Notes under the pieces: model-generated
What the model was told of the DNA's origin: nothing
Database searches by the model: none
What the model saw: the letters and a program-made list of their open reading frames with translations, nothing else
Part shown: positions 9,927 through 19,938 of the stretch, piece after piece
Position numbering within the stretch: the stretch's first letter is position 1
Layout of the letters: each line of letters starts with the position of its first letter
Assembly: GCA_041576165.1 (NCBI GenBank)
Contig: JBFGLM010000001.1
Coordinates: 96,001 to 160,000, forward strand
DNA length: 64,000 nt
Direction of reading: 5' to 3'
From: Acidimicrobiia bacterium
GTDB taxonomy: Bacteria > Actinomycetota > Acidimicrobiia > Spongiisociales > Spongiisociaceae
Translations under genes and position numbers: made by a program

Positions 9927-11222
9927 ATGCATGAGGAAATGCATGAGAAACTGAAGCGGCGCGCGGCAGCAGCCCGCCGGGCGCAACGCAACCTGGGCAG
10001 CGCCGGCGGAGCGCGCCGCACGGAGGTTCTGGTCCATCTCGCACGGCTGCTCCGAGAGCGGGAGTCCGAGCTCGTGGGCGCCAACAAGCTCGACCTTGAA
10101 GCAGCCGAAGGCACCGACCTGCCGCAGCCGATCCTCAAACGATTGGCCCTCACCCCCGCCAAGCTCGAGACGCTGCGGGAAGGAATCAGCCAACTCGTCC
10201 AGAGCGAAGATCCCGTCGGCACCACGATCACCAGGCGGGAGCTTGATGACGGCTTGATCCTCCGTCACGTCCGGGCCCCACTGGGGGTGTTGCTGATCGT
10301 CTTCGAAAGCCGGCCGGATGCCGTGATCCAGATCGGGTCACTGGCCCTTCGCGCAGGGGATGCCGTGCTCATGAAAGGTGGGTCCGAAGCGGCCAACTCA
10401 AACCGGGCGCTGACCGGCGTGTTGCGCGAGGCGGTCGCAGCCGCCGACCTTGATCCGGACGTCGTGCAGAACGTCGAGGGACGGGAAGCGGTCGGCGCCC
10501 TGCTCGAAATGGACGAGGACATCGACCTCGTGATCCCTCGCGGCTCCAACGAGCTGGTTCGATCGATACAGGCCCAGTCGCGGATCCCGGTCCTGGGCCA
10601 TGCCGACGGCGTCTGCCAGCTGTTCATCGACGTCGCGGCAGACGGCGACAAGGCGGTGCGGATCGCAGTCGATGCCAAGACCGACTACCCGGCCGTCTGC
10701 AATGCGATCGAGAACCTGCTCATCCACCGAGCCTTCCCGCACTTCGATGCCGTGCTCGATGCACTGGAGGCGGCTGGAGTCGAGCTGCGTGGCGACAAAG
10801 CCGTAGTCGCGCGGCGGCCGGGCGTGATGCCCGCAACTGACGAAGACTGGTCGACCGAATACGGCGATCTGGTCTTGTCGGTTGCGATCGTGGACGGAGT
10901 CGAGGACGCCGTCGACTTCATCCATACCTACGGCTCCGCTCACACCGAAGCGATTGTGACCGAAGACCAGGACGCTGCTCACCGGTTTTTGAACGACGTC
11001 GACGCCGCCTCGGTCTTCTGGAATGTTTCGACCAGGTTCGCCGACGGCTTCCGGTACGGGCTGGGCGCCGAGGTCGGTATCGCCACCGGCCGTATCCACG
11101 CTCGCGGACCGGTCGGCGTCGAGGGCTTGTTGACGACCCGATGGCTGCTCGAAGGTGACGGCCACATCGCGTCGGACTACGGGCCCGGCAAGCGGTCCTT
11201 CATCCATCGCGACCTGACCTGA
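9927..11222 (+). CDS. proA: Gamma-glutamyl phosphate reductase (glutamate-5-semialdehyde dehydrogenase)
   Basis: FESRP, KGGSEA, IPRGS, catalytic VCNAIE, STRFADGFRYGLGAEVGIATGRIHARGPVG. Confidence 0.95.
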   Translation: MHEEMHEKLKRRAAAARRAQRNLGSAGGARRTEVLVHLARLLRERESELVGANKLDLEAAEGTDLPQPILKRLALTPAKLETLREGISQLVQSEDPVGTTITRRELDDGLILRHVRAPLGVLLIVFESRPDAVIQIGSLALRAGDAVLMKGGSEAANSNRALTGVLREAVAAADLDPDVVQNVEGREAVGALLEMDEDIDLVIPRGSNELVRSIQAQSRIPVLGHADGVCQLFIDVAADGDKAVRIAVDAKTDYPAVCNAIENLLIHRAFPHFDAVLDALEAAGVELRGDKAVVARRPGVMPATDEDWSTEYGDLVLSVAIVDGVEDAVDFIHTYGSAHTEAIVTEDQDAAHRFLNDVDAASVFWNVSTRFADGFRYGLGAEVGIATGRIHARGPVGVEGLLTTRWLLEGDGHIASDYGPGKRSFIHRDLT

Positions 11223-11229
11223 TCGTCAC

Positions 11230-12180
11230 GTGGAACTCGACCCATGGCTGTTCGAGCCCGACTCGATAGACCCCGAAACCGCTGCGTTCAACGAAAACCT
11301 GCGGGTTGTGTCACGGGATGCGCCCAACATCACGACGGTGACGCCCGAGCAACTGAGGGCCGCCCGGGCTCAGGGTGAATCAGTCTTCGGTCTATTCCAG
11401 ACGTCCGACCGTGGAGTTGAGCGGACGATCGATGGGCCGGGCGGGCCGGTCACCCTGCGGCAGATCCTCCCGGCGGGCACTCCCCGGGGCATGCTGTTGC
11501 ACCTCCACGGCGGCGGATGGGTGCTGGGCAATGCCTCGGAGCAGGACCTGCGCCACCTGGCCCTGGCCGATCACCACAACGTCGGAGTGGTTTCTGTCGA
11601 ATACCGGCTGGCGCCGGAGCACCCCTACCCCGCCGCGCCTGACGACTGTGAAGCGGCCGCGCTGTGGCTGGTTAATCACTGCCAGGAAGAGTTCGGGACC
11701 GACCGGCTCGCGATCGGCGGCGAATCCGCCGGTGCGCATCTGACGGCGGTGACGCTCGTTCGGCTGCGCGACCGGCACGGCTACACGGGCTTTCGAGCGG
11801 CCAATCTCGTCTACGGGGCGTACGACCTTGCCATGACCCCGAGCGCCGCTAACTGGGGGGACGAGGTGCTGGTGCTGTCGACCGAGGTCATCGAATGGTT
11901 CCGGGAGGCATTCGTCGATCGGGAGCTGACCCGGGACCCAGACGTGTCGCCGCTGTATGCCGATCTGCGCGGACTGCCACCGGCGCTCTTCACGGTGGGG
12001 ACTCTCGATCCGCTGCTCGATGATTCACTGTTCATGGCGCAGCGCTGGATCGCAGCCGGTAACCGGGCCGAGCTCGCCGTGTATCCCGGCGGGGTGCATG
12101 CCTTCGACTACTTCCCGGATCTCGCCTTGGCCCAGGCCGCAATCGGCCGGATCAATCAGTTCCTCGCAGAGGCGATCTGA
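11230..12180 (+). CDS. HSL-family alpha/beta hydrolase (esterase/lipase)
   Basis: HGGGW, YRLAPEHPYPAA, GESAG nucleophile, DPLLDD, GGVHAF. Confidence 0.92.
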   Translation: MELDPWLFEPDSIDPETAAFNENLRVVSRDAPNITTVTPEQLRAARAQGESVFGLFQTSDRGVERTIDGPGGPVTLRQILPAGTPRGMLLHLHGGGWVLGNASEQDLRHLALADHHNVGVVSVEYRLAPEHPYPAAPDDCEAAALWLVNHCQEEFGTDRLAIGGESAGAHLTAVTLVRLRDRHGYTGFRAANLVYGAYDLAMTPSAANWGDEVLVLSTEVIEWFREAFVDRELTRDPDVSPLYADLRGLPPALFTVGTLDPLLDDSLFMAQRWIAAGNRAELAVYPGGVHAFDYFPDLALAQAAIGRINQFLAEAI

Positions 12181-12192
12181 GGCTCGCCGCGC

Positions 12193-12645
12193 TCAGCCGT
12201 GCAGCCCCGCCAGCACGAAGCGGGACGGGCCATCCAGCACCACCTGGGTTGCCCGGGCGGCGGCGTACAACACAGTGTCGTCATCCGAGCGGACCTCGGC
12301 GGCGGTGAAGATCACCCGCCGGGTGCGGCGGATCACCGACCCATGGGCGATGATCGGGCCGGCCGGGGCGGCGCGGATGAACTCAGCCCGTAGGTCGCCG
12401 GTCAAGAACTCCGGGGGATCGGCCAACCCGTACACACACCAGGCCATGGCCGAGTCGGCCAGCATCGTGATCATGCCGCCGTGTACGACCGGGCCGTTGG
12501 CCGTGGGAATCGTGTAGCCACCGGTATCGGACCAGGAGATCGTGGCGCTGCCGTCCGAGCGGACGTCGATCCAATCGAATCCAACCGTGCTGGCCGCCGC
12601 CACATCGAACTCGCTGACGCGCACTATCCGGATATCACTCTGCAC
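12193..12645 (-). CDS. PaaI family hotdog-fold thioesterase
   Basis: VVHGGMITMLADSAM motif. Confidence 0.8.
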   Translation of the reverse strand: MQSDIRIVRVSEFDVAAASTVGFDWIDVRSDGSATISWSDTGGYTIPTANGPVVHGGMITMLADSAMAWCVYGLADPPEFLTGDLRAEFIRAAPAGPIIAHGSVIRRTRRVIFTAAEVRSDDDTVLYAAARATQVVLDGPSRFVLAGLHG

Positions 12646-12712
12646 CCTTCAACTCCCTCTACACCCGCGATGATCGCTTCACGTGCGGGCTCCCGCCAAC
12701 TCCCGGTTGCCG

Positions 12713-13102
12713 TCATCGAGCACCCGGTCGTAACGCCGTGACTTCGATTTCGACTTTGATCCTCGGATCGGCCAGTCCAGCTTCGATCATCGTCGCGGCC
12801 GGGCGGGCCGCGCCGAAGTAGTCGCGGAGCAGCGGCCAGCACTTCGGGAAGTCGGCGGCGTTGACCAGGTAGTAACGGACGCGCACTATGTCGGAAGCCG
12901 AGCTCCCGGCCTCTCGCAGCGCCCCGTCGATGTTCGCCAGCGCCTTGCGGGTCTGTTCGATGATGTCATCGCTGATCGTCATGGACGGGTAGTCGAATCC
13001 GGTGGTTCCTGAAACGAACACCCAGCGGCCGTCAACCACGGCCCGTGAATAGCCCACCTGCTCCTCGAACGTGCTTCCCTGACTGATGTAGGCGCGACCC
13101 AT
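12713..13102 (-). CDS. RidA/YjgF family protein
   Basis: GYSRAVVDG..VFVSGTTG, RPAATMI, KVEIEVTA. Start ATG 13102. Confidence 0.9.
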   Translation of the reverse strand: MGRAYISQGSTFEEQVGYSRAVVDGRWVFVSGTTGFDYPSMTISDDIIEQTRKALANIDGALREAGSSASDIVRVRYYLVNAADFPKCWPLLRDYFGAARPAATMIEAGLADPRIKVEIEVTALRPGAR

Positions 13103-13185
13103 CGCAGCTCCTGGTTGGGGGGTGGGACGGTACACCGACCGCCGCCCTGCCGGGACCAACCGACCAGGGTGGAGTGTCAGCGGCC

Positions 13186-13494
13186 TCAGACCACGAATCG
13201 GGCGGCTTCGTCCAGCAGGACACGCCAGCGAGGGGCATCAGGCGCGGGTACCTGCACCCATTCTCGAAAAGCCCTCCCGGCCGGGGCGAACGGCCGCCCG
13301 ATACCCTCGGCCACCAACTCGTCGACCCGCGCAGCCGGGAGCTTCACGATCAGGCCTCCCCCTCCGTGATCCGGCATCGCGAAGAACTCTCCGTTGATTC
13401 GCAGGCAGGGCGTCCCCATCATGGTTCCCTCCTCCACGCCGCCGCGCCCCACCAGGTCAGCGGCGAGTTCCCAGAAGAGCTCCATGGGATCCAT
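13186..13494 (-). CDS. Small hypothetical protein (TfoX/YjbR-like fold possible)
   Basis: GTMMGTPCLRINGEFFAM...LIVKLP...FREWV. ATG 13494 with GGAGG RBS; it is the 3' part of track ORF 13186..13929. Confidence 0.75.
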   Translation of the reverse strand: MDPMELFWELAADLVGRGGVEEGTMMGTPCLRINGEFFAMPDHGGGGLIVKLPAARVDELVAEGIGRPFAPAGRAFREWVQVPAPDAPRWRVLLDEAARFVV

Positions 13495-13544
13495 GTTGAC
13501 CTCCATCTGGACCACCGACGTCGCATCCCGGCGGGATTCGACGT

Positions 13545-13991
13545 CTAGAAGTAATACCGGGTCAGCGTCTCGGCCACCGCAGCCGGTCTGGGCGAGCCTT
13601 CCAGTTCGATGGTCACCTCTGCTTTGACCTGAATGCCGTCGTCGGTGTCCTTGACGTCCCGCAGGACCGAGCGAGCTCGGATGCGGGAACCCGCTGGAAC
13701 CGGCGAGATGAACCGCACGCGGTCGAGGCCGTAATTGATGCTCATCTTGGCTTGGGGAAGGCTCAGCCGGGGCGCCAGCGACGCCAGCATCGAAAGCGTC
13801 AGGAATCCGTGGGCGATGGTCGTTCCGAACGGCCCATCCGCCGCTCGTTCCCGGTCGACGTGAATCCATTGATGGTCCTCGGTGGCGTCGGCGAACTGAT
13901 CGATCCGTTCCTGGCTCATGACGAACCATTTCCCGACGCCGATCTCGTCGCCGACCCGTGCCTGCAGGGCTTGCTGTTCAGACGCATCCAT
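13545..13991 (-). CDS. MaoC family dehydratase
   Basis: QERIDQFADATEDHQWIHVD, TIAHGFLTLS, NYGLDRVRF. Confidence 0.92.
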   Translation of the reverse strand: MDASEQQALQARVGDEIGVGKWFVMSQERIDQFADATEDHQWIHVDRERAADGPFGTTIAHGFLTLSMLASLAPRLSLPQAKMSINYGLDRVRFISPVPAGSRIRARSVLRDVKDTDDGIQVKAEVTIELEGSPRPAAVAETLTRYYF

Positions 13992-14137
13992 GCCGGGGAG
14001 GGTACCGAAGTCGGACGCCGTCCACCCACACAAGCTCTCGCCCCGTGCGGCCCGCTATGCATCCCTGACCCACCCCGAGAGCGAATCCGGGGGTGTTCCC
14101 GATGGGGTCAGGGGCTGTGATCGCCGACGCTGGAGGC

Positions 14138-15490
14138 ATGCCAACTGTGACTGCATCAATCCGCCGGGCCCAGCGTCTCGCCGAGGCGACTCCGGCTTCT
14201 CGCAACCGCTACGTCGACTTCCTTCGCGCCGTCTCCATCGTCGCCGTCGTCATCGGCCACTGGCTGATCGCAGCTCCTTACGCGGCCGGCGGCGAGCTGC
14301 GGGGCGTCAACATGCTGGCGCACACCCCGTGGACCCAGTGGCTGACGTGGATCTTCCAGGTCATGCCGGTGTTCTTCGCCGTCGGCGGCTACGCCAACGC
14401 CGCATCATGGAACGCGTCCCGCCGCGCAGGCCACAGCTACGGCACGTGGCTCGCCGCCCGGCTGCGCCGGCTGACGATCCCCCTGCTGCCGCTGCTGGCC
14501 GTGTGGGCAGTGATCGGCATCGGTGGCGCCGCGTTGGGAATCGATGAGGATCTGATGCGCCTCGGGTCCCAGTCGGCCCTGATCCCCGTTTGGTTCCTGG
14601 CGGTCTACGTGGTCATCGTGGCAATGAGCCCGTGGCTGATCGAGGCCTGGGACCGGTACGCGTGGAGATCGTTCCTGGCCCCGGCCGGGGCGACGTTCAT
14701 CGTCGACCGTGCGGTGGCGGGGGGATTGGAACTTCTCGGCTGGGTCAACTTCATCCTGGTGTGGTCGGCAATCCATCAGCTCGGGGTGGCGTGGCGACGC
14801 GGCGCGTTGCCCGCGGCCCCGGCGCGAATCGTGGCAGTGGGTTCGGCCCTCATCGCTGCGTTGTTGGTGACGATTGGCCCCTACCCGGTGGCGATGGTTG
14901 GGGTCCCCGGAGCAGAGGCCTCCAACAACGCTCCCCCCACGCTGGCGCTGATCGTCTTCGGCACCATGCAGATGGCCGCGCTGCTCGCAGTGGAGCCGGC
15001 CGCGCAGCGGATGCTGCAGCGCCCCGCCGCGTGGACGGGCACGATTCTGGTCAATGGGTGGATCATGACGTTGTACCTGTGGCATCTGACCGCCATGGTG
15101 CTGGCAATCGGTGCCATGCTGCTCGTCGGTGGAATCGGATTGGGTATCGAGCCGTCCTCAGTCGGATGGTGGCTGACCCGACCGTTGTGGGTCGTCGGCC
15201 TGCTGGCGGTGACGCTTCCCTTCCTGGTCCTGTTCGGCCGCTTCGAACGACCCCGGCCGGCCCCGGAGGCGTCACCGCATCCGCTGGTGGCGCTCGGGGC
15301 GGTGGCCGCCGTGAGCGCCGGGCTCGGCCTGCTGGCGGCCCAAGGCGTGCAGGGATCGTTCTTCGGGGTCCGGCTCGAGGCGCTGGCGCTGCCAGCGGGG
15401 GCAGTGCTCGGATTGATCTGGGCCGGTCGGACGAGACGGGCATCCGAGGATGCGTCCACGTCCTCCGAGCGGGCGGCCGCCCACGGCTAA
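14138..15490 (+). CDS. Membrane acyltransferase (acyltransferase 3 family)
   Basis: RNRYVDFLRAVSI..VV.GHW, FQVMPVFFAVGG, MTLYLWH, about 11 TM. ATG 14138 follows GGAGG. Confidence 0.85.
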   Translation: MPTVTASIRRAQRLAEATPASRNRYVDFLRAVSIVAVVIGHWLIAAPYAAGGELRGVNMLAHTPWTQWLTWIFQVMPVFFAVGGYANAASWNASRRAGHSYGTWLAARLRRLTIPLLPLLAVWAVIGIGGAALGIDEDLMRLGSQSALIPVWFLAVYVVIVAMSPWLIEAWDRYAWRSFLAPAGATFIVDRAVAGGLELLGWVNFILVWSAIHQLGVAWRRGALPAAPARIVAVGSALIAALLVTIGPYPVAMVGVPGAEASNNAPPTLALIVFGTMQMAALLAVEPAAQRMLQRPAAWTGTILVNGWIMTLYLWHLTAMVLAIGAMLLVGGIGLGIEPSSVGWWLTRPLWVVGLLAVTLPFLVLFGRFERPRPAPEASPHPLVALGAVAAVSAGLGLLAAQGVQGSFFGVRLEALALPAGAVLGLIWAGRTRRASEDASTSSERAAAHG

Positions 15491-16212
15491 CCGGCCGAGT
15501 CGGTGAGCGCCACTCGGATTCGCCGGAAGCCCTTGCCTTTCGACTCGACCTTGGTGATGGCGACCCCTCCCACCTCAGCGGTCGTCTCGACGTGGGTGCC
15601 ACCGTCGGCCTGCCGGTCGAGGCCCACGATGTCGATCACCCGGACCTGGGTGAGCGTAGGCGGTAGCAGGTTCACCTTGGTTCGGATCAGGCTGGGATCT
15701 AGGTCGGCCTCCTCCCGGGGGAGGAACGACACCTCGACCGGGAGCTCCCGGGCGATCGCCTCGTTGAGCGCCTCCTCGAGCGGATCGCGGTCTTCCGGGT
15801 CCCAATCGGGTATCTCGAAATCGAGCCGGCCGTGGCCCGGCTCCATATTCCCGCCGGTCACCGGGCTCTGAAACCGCTCCCAGACGACGCCGCACAGGGC
15901 GTGGAGGCTGGTGTGGGTGCGCATCAGACGGTACCGCCGTTCCCAGTCGATCTCACCCCGCAGTGACGTGCCGGTGGCCGGCAGCGACCCTTCGACCCAG
16001 TGCCAGACGCCGTCCCGGTCCTGAGTGACTCGGGTCACGACCAGTTCGTCGTCCCCGATCCAGAGCGAACCGATGTCGTGCGGCTGGCCGCCTCCGCCGG
16101 GATAGAAGACCGTCCGGTCGAGCAGTATGCGGCCGTCGTCCACGTCGCTGCCCACCACGCTGGCATCCATCGTCGCCGCATAGGCGTCGGTCGAGTAGAT
16201 CCGCTCAGTCAT
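15487..16212 (-). CDS. Alanyl-tRNA editing protein (AlaX-like)
   Basis: LLDRTVFYPGGGGQPHD, IDWERRYRLMRTHTSLH, ADGGTHV..TAEVG. Confidence 0.9.
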   Translation of the reverse strand: MTERIYSTDAYAATMDASVVGSDVDDGRILLDRTVFYPGGGGQPHDIGSLWIGDDELVVTRVTQDRDGVWHWVEGSLPATGTSLRGEIDWERRYRLMRTHTSLHALCGVVWERFQSPVTGGNMEPGHGRLDFEIPDWDPEDRDPLEEALNEAIARELPVEVSFLPREEADLDPSLIRTKVNLLPPTLTQVRVIDIVGLDRQADGGTHVETTAEVGGVAITKVESKGKGFRRIRVALTDSAG

Positions 16213-16301
16213 GCCGCAACGCTAGCGGGCCCCGCCGGCACGACCCACTGCGCCCGCCGCAACCGGTCGTACGAGCGGGGCCGGCCCCTATCCTCAACGC
16301 C

Positions 16302-18332
16302 ATGCATCCACCCCAACCCAAGAAGGTCCGGACCATCCGCTCGTTGCACGGTGAAGATTTCGTTGACGACTACAGCTGGTTGCGAGACCGCAACGACCCG
16401 GACACCATCGCATACCTCGCTGCCGAGAACGAGTACACAGAGAGGGCCACCGCTCACCTCGAGGATCTTCGCACCCAAATCTTCGCAGAGATCAAGACCC
16501 GCACTCAGGAAACCGATCTGTCCGCCCCCGCCAAACGCGGCGAATACTGGTATGCCTCCCGCACCGAGGAGGGCAAGCAGTACCCAACGCACGTGCGGAT
16601 GCGGGCCGAACCAGACGGTCCCGAAGAAGTTCTGCTCGACGTCAACGCGCTGGCTGCCGACCACGAATACCTGCGGGTCGGGGTCTTCAGCGTCTCCCCC
16701 GACGGGCAGATGCTCGCCTACTCGACCGACACCGATGGCAGCGAGAAATATACGATGCGGATCAGAGACCTCGCCGGCGGCGCCGATCTGGACGATGTCC
16801 TGGAGAACACGTACTACAGCGCGGCGTGGTCCGCTGATGGCCGCCACCTCTTCTACACGACCATCGACGCCGCGCACCGGCCGGACAAGATCTGGCGCCA
16901 CGCCCTCGGCACCGCGCAGTCGGAAGACGAACTCGTGCTGCATGAGCCGGATGACCGCATGTTCATTCACGTGACGACGAGCCAGGACGAGCAATATGTG
17001 ATCGCAGCCGCCGGCAGCCAGACGACGGCCGACGCCCGTTACATTCCCGCAGACCAACCAACGGCCGAGTGGCAATGGGTCCTCCCGCGGGAGCATGGCG
17101 TCGAATACCAGGCAGACCACAGAGAGGGGCGCTGGCTGGTGGTCACGAACGACGATGCGGTCAACGGCCGGCTTCTGTCCGTGTCGGTCGGCGACCCCGC
17201 CGACGTGATCGAGGTCATCCCGCACGACCCGGCCCGCAAGCTCAGCGGAGTAGTGGCCTTCTCCCAGCATGTCATCGTCTTCGGGCGCGGCGCCGGGCTC
17301 ACCGCAGTCACAATCCTCGCCGACGGCACCGATCCCCACGACCTCGACTTCGATGAACCGGTGTACACGGTCGGCCCTGAACGCAACCTCGAGTACGACA
17401 CAACAACCTTGCGGATCCACTACCAGTCGCTCGTGACGCCTCGCCGCATCATCGACGTGGACCTCACGACCGGCGAGCGGCGGGTCGTGAAGGAGACGCC
17501 CGTGCTCGGCGGTTTCCACTCGTCCGACTACACGTCGTCGCGTGACTGGGCGACGGCCGCCGACGGGACCCGGATCCCGATCTCCATCGTCCACCGCGCC
17601 GATCTGGACCGAACCCGGCCGGTTCCGGTATTGCTCTATGGCTACGGGTCGTACGAGATCCCGGTCGATCCCACCTTCTCGATCCCCCGCCTGTCGATCC
17701 TGGATCGGGGCGTCATGTTCGCGATCGCTCACATCCGGGGTGGAGGCGAGATGGGAAAGCCCTGGTACGAGTCCGGCAAGATGACCAACAAGGCGAACAC
17801 CTTCGAGGACTTCATCGCTTGTGCCCGCCATCTGATCGACACCGGCGTCACCACACCTGAACTGCTGGTTGCGCGAGGCGGATCAGCCGGCGGCTTGCTG
17901 ATCGGTGCCGTCGCCAACATGGCGCCGGAGCTGTTCAAGGCCTTGATGGCCCAGGTCCCGTTCGTCGACGTCGTCAACACCATGTTGGACGAGACCCTGC
18001 CGCTGACGGTGATCGAGTGGGAGGAATGGGGCAACCCCAAGATCGAGGAGCAGTACCGGTGGATCCGGGAGTACTCGCCCTACGACAACGTGGATGGCCG
18101 CGAGTACCCTGCGATGCTCGTCACCGCCGGGCTCAACGACCCGCGGGTCAGCTACTGGGAACCCGCCAAATGGGTCGCCAAACTGCGTGAAGTCGGCACC
18201 ACACGCGGACCGCTCCTCTTGAAGACCGAGATGGGAGCAGGCCATGCGGGACCCTCCGGCCGCTACGACGCTTGGAAGGACGAAGCGTTCGATCTGGCCT
18301 TCATGCTGGACCAGGTTGGGCTGGCGGGCTGA
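16302..18332 (+). CDS. ptrB: Oligopeptidase B (S9A prolyl oligopeptidase family)
   Basis: DDYSWLRD, YGYGSY, HIRGGGEMG, GGSAGG nucleophile, VPFVD, DPRVSYWEPAKWVAKLR, GAGH. Confidence 0.92.
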   Translation: MHPPQPKKVRTIRSLHGEDFVDDYSWLRDRNDPDTIAYLAAENEYTERATAHLEDLRTQIFAEIKTRTQETDLSAPAKRGEYWYASRTEEGKQYPTHVRMRAEPDGPEEVLLDVNALAADHEYLRVGVFSVSPDGQMLAYSTDTDGSEKYTMRIRDLAGGADLDDVLENTYYSAAWSADGRHLFYTTIDAAHRPDKIWRHALGTAQSEDELVLHEPDDRMFIHVTTSQDEQYVIAAAGSQTTADARYIPADQPTAEWQWVLPREHGVEYQADHREGRWLVVTNDDAVNGRLLSVSVGDPADVIEVIPHDPARKLSGVVAFSQHVIVFGRGAGLTAVTILADGTDPHDLDFDEPVYTVGPERNLEYDTTTLRIHYQSLVTPRRIIDVDLTTGERRVVKETPVLGGFHSSDYTSSRDWATAADGTRIPISIVHRADLDRTRPVPVLLYGYGSYEIPVDPTFSIPRLSILDRGVMFAIAHIRGGGEMGKPWYESGKMTNKANTFEDFIACARHLIDTGVTTPELLVARGGSAGGLLIGAVANMAPELFKALMAQVPFVDVVNTMLDETLPLTVIEWEEWGNPKIEEQYRWIREYSPYDNVDGREYPAMLVTAGLNDPRVSYWEPAKWVAKLREVGTTRGPLLLKTEMGAGHAGPSGRYDAWKDEAFDLAFMLDQVGLAG

Positions 18333-18357
18333 GCCGGCTCCCCCGGCCCCCGGCCGA

Positions 18358-19938
18358 TCAGCGAATGCCGACCGGCCGCCATCCTGGGTCGAATGTGGCC
18401 CCCCAGCTGTCGGACAAGCGTTGCTCTGCGAGCTGGCTCCAAGCCTGCAATGCACAGAACGGAGCACATTGCGGAGTGTCGCCGTTGCGGGTGCCCACGT
18501 GCACGCAACATTGCATCAGGCGCTCCTCGATCATGTTTGACATGTCCATGAACGGCTTGACCGTGAGCCGCACGATCCGCTCGGCCATCAGTGTTCGCAG
18601 CCGTTTGGCGCCGCCTCCCACCACCGCCCGACCGGCCATTCGCAACATGGCGGGTATTCCGAGGTCGCACGTGCGGCACACGATCTCGAACAGGTCTCCG
18701 ATCGTGGGGTGGGAGAGCGACTGTTGCTCCGACAGCAACCCGAGCAGGGAGACTCGGACCGAATCGCGCAGGTCGTTCATGATGTCGGAAGACGCGATGG
18801 TATTGGACACGAGTCCCAGGTGTTCGCGGAGGCGGTCATGGCCGATTGCGCGTACCAGCGACCGCCACGACCCATCGTCCTGTCTGATCATGTAGCCGAT
18901 AGAGCAGCAATGAGGGTGCGAGCAGGGCAGGGCGGTGAGGTCCTCCCACGTCACCACCCCGGCTGTCTGCGGTCCCAGCCGCCGCAACACGCCGCCATGG
19001 GTCAGGCGATCGCGGCGATCAATCGGTCCTGAGCGTCCTGAACCAAACTGCGGCTGGATCGACACCCCGCCGACGAAGGGAGTGTCGAGGGCGAGGCTCA
19101 CGACGGCGCCGATCTCGTCGTCGTTGACATCTTTTGCTGCCGTCATCGTGAGGGTCGTGAAGACACCGGCTTCGCTGAGCCGTGCTACCGCTCGCAGCTT
19201 CATTGCGCTGAGATCGGCACCCCGATGATGGCGGTACGTGGCCGAGCGGAGGCCGTCGAACTGGAGGTAGACCTCGACCCGGTCCCGTCGCGCTTCGAGC
19301 GCAGCGATCAATGAGTCGTCACGTGCCACCGCCACACCGTTGGTGTTGACCAGGATGCGGGTGATGGGACGAGCGGACAGCTCGTCGAGGATGGAGACGA
19401 AATCGGGGTGGAGCGTCGGCTCGCCGCCCGAGAGCATCACCACATCGAGATGATCCCCCTCACGCCCGAGGCGCTGGTCCACGTTGGCCAGCACCTCGCC
19501 CGGCGGGACGACACCGCCGGCATGGGGAGCGGAACCGGCGAAACACGTGGGGCAGCGCAGGTTGCACTCACTGATGATGTCCTCGAGCAGGATGCAGGTG
19601 TGCTGGGTCTGCAGCTCGCCCAGACCCTGCCGGTAGGCCAGGGGGATCTGGTCGTAGTTGCCGGGCGTGTCGGGCACATGCAGTTTGGTAGGGGCGGTCC
19701 AGGTCTCCAGATATCTCAAGATCTGCGGATCCTCGTCGTAGAGGGTTTCCACCCGTCCGTGTTCACGACACCCCCGCACCAGCCATACGCGATCGTCGCG
19801 AACCGACAGGTAACCTGACAACCGCTCGACCAGCTCCAGCGGCCGGTCCGGCCACTGGTCGTGGCAATCGGGGCAAAACGCAACGACGTAGCGGTGGATG
19901 AAATCGCCTCGGAGCGGCATCCCTCGGGCCACCGTCAT
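18358..19938 (-). CDS. Radical SAM protein with tetraether-synthase (Tes/MJ0619)-like motif layout
   Basis: N-terminal CPDC...CREHG, HTC before CNLRCPTC, SGGEPTLHP, YLQFDG, PCSHPHCC, C-terminal QCCVH...PFC. ATG 19938 overlaps the upstream stop (ATGA). Confidence 0.85.
   Translation of the reverse strand: MTVARGMPLRGDFIHRYVVAFCPDCHDQWPDRPLELVERLSGYLSVRDDRVWLVRGCREHGRVETLYDEDPQILRYLETWTAPTKLHVPDTPGNYDQIPLAYRQGLGELQTQHTCILLEDIISECNLRCPTCFAGSAPHAGGVVPPGEVLANVDQRLGREGDHLDVVMLSGGEPTLHPDFVSILDELSARPITRILVNTNGVAVARDDSLIAALEARRDRVEVYLQFDGLRSATYRHHRGADLSAMKLRAVARLSEAGVFTTLTMTAAKDVNDDEIGAVVSLALDTPFVGGVSIQPQFGSGRSGPIDRRDRLTHGGVLRRLGPQTAGVVTWEDLTALPCSHPHCCSIGYMIRQDDGSWRSLVRAIGHDRLREHLGLVSNTIASSDIMNDLRDSVRVSLLGLLSEQQSLSHPTIGDLFEIVCRTCDLGIPAMLRMAGRAVVGGGAKRLRTLMAERIVRLTVKPFMDMSNMIEERLMQCCVHVGTRNGDTPQCAPFCALQAWSQLAEQRLSDSWGATFDPGWRPVGIR

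Noticed and set aside
9927-11222. proA without adjacent proB as a novel arrangement
   Set aside because: Separation of proA and proB is common and uninformative within one window.
16209-17831. 540-aa ORF on the - strand
   Set aside because: Antisense shadow of oligopeptidase B.
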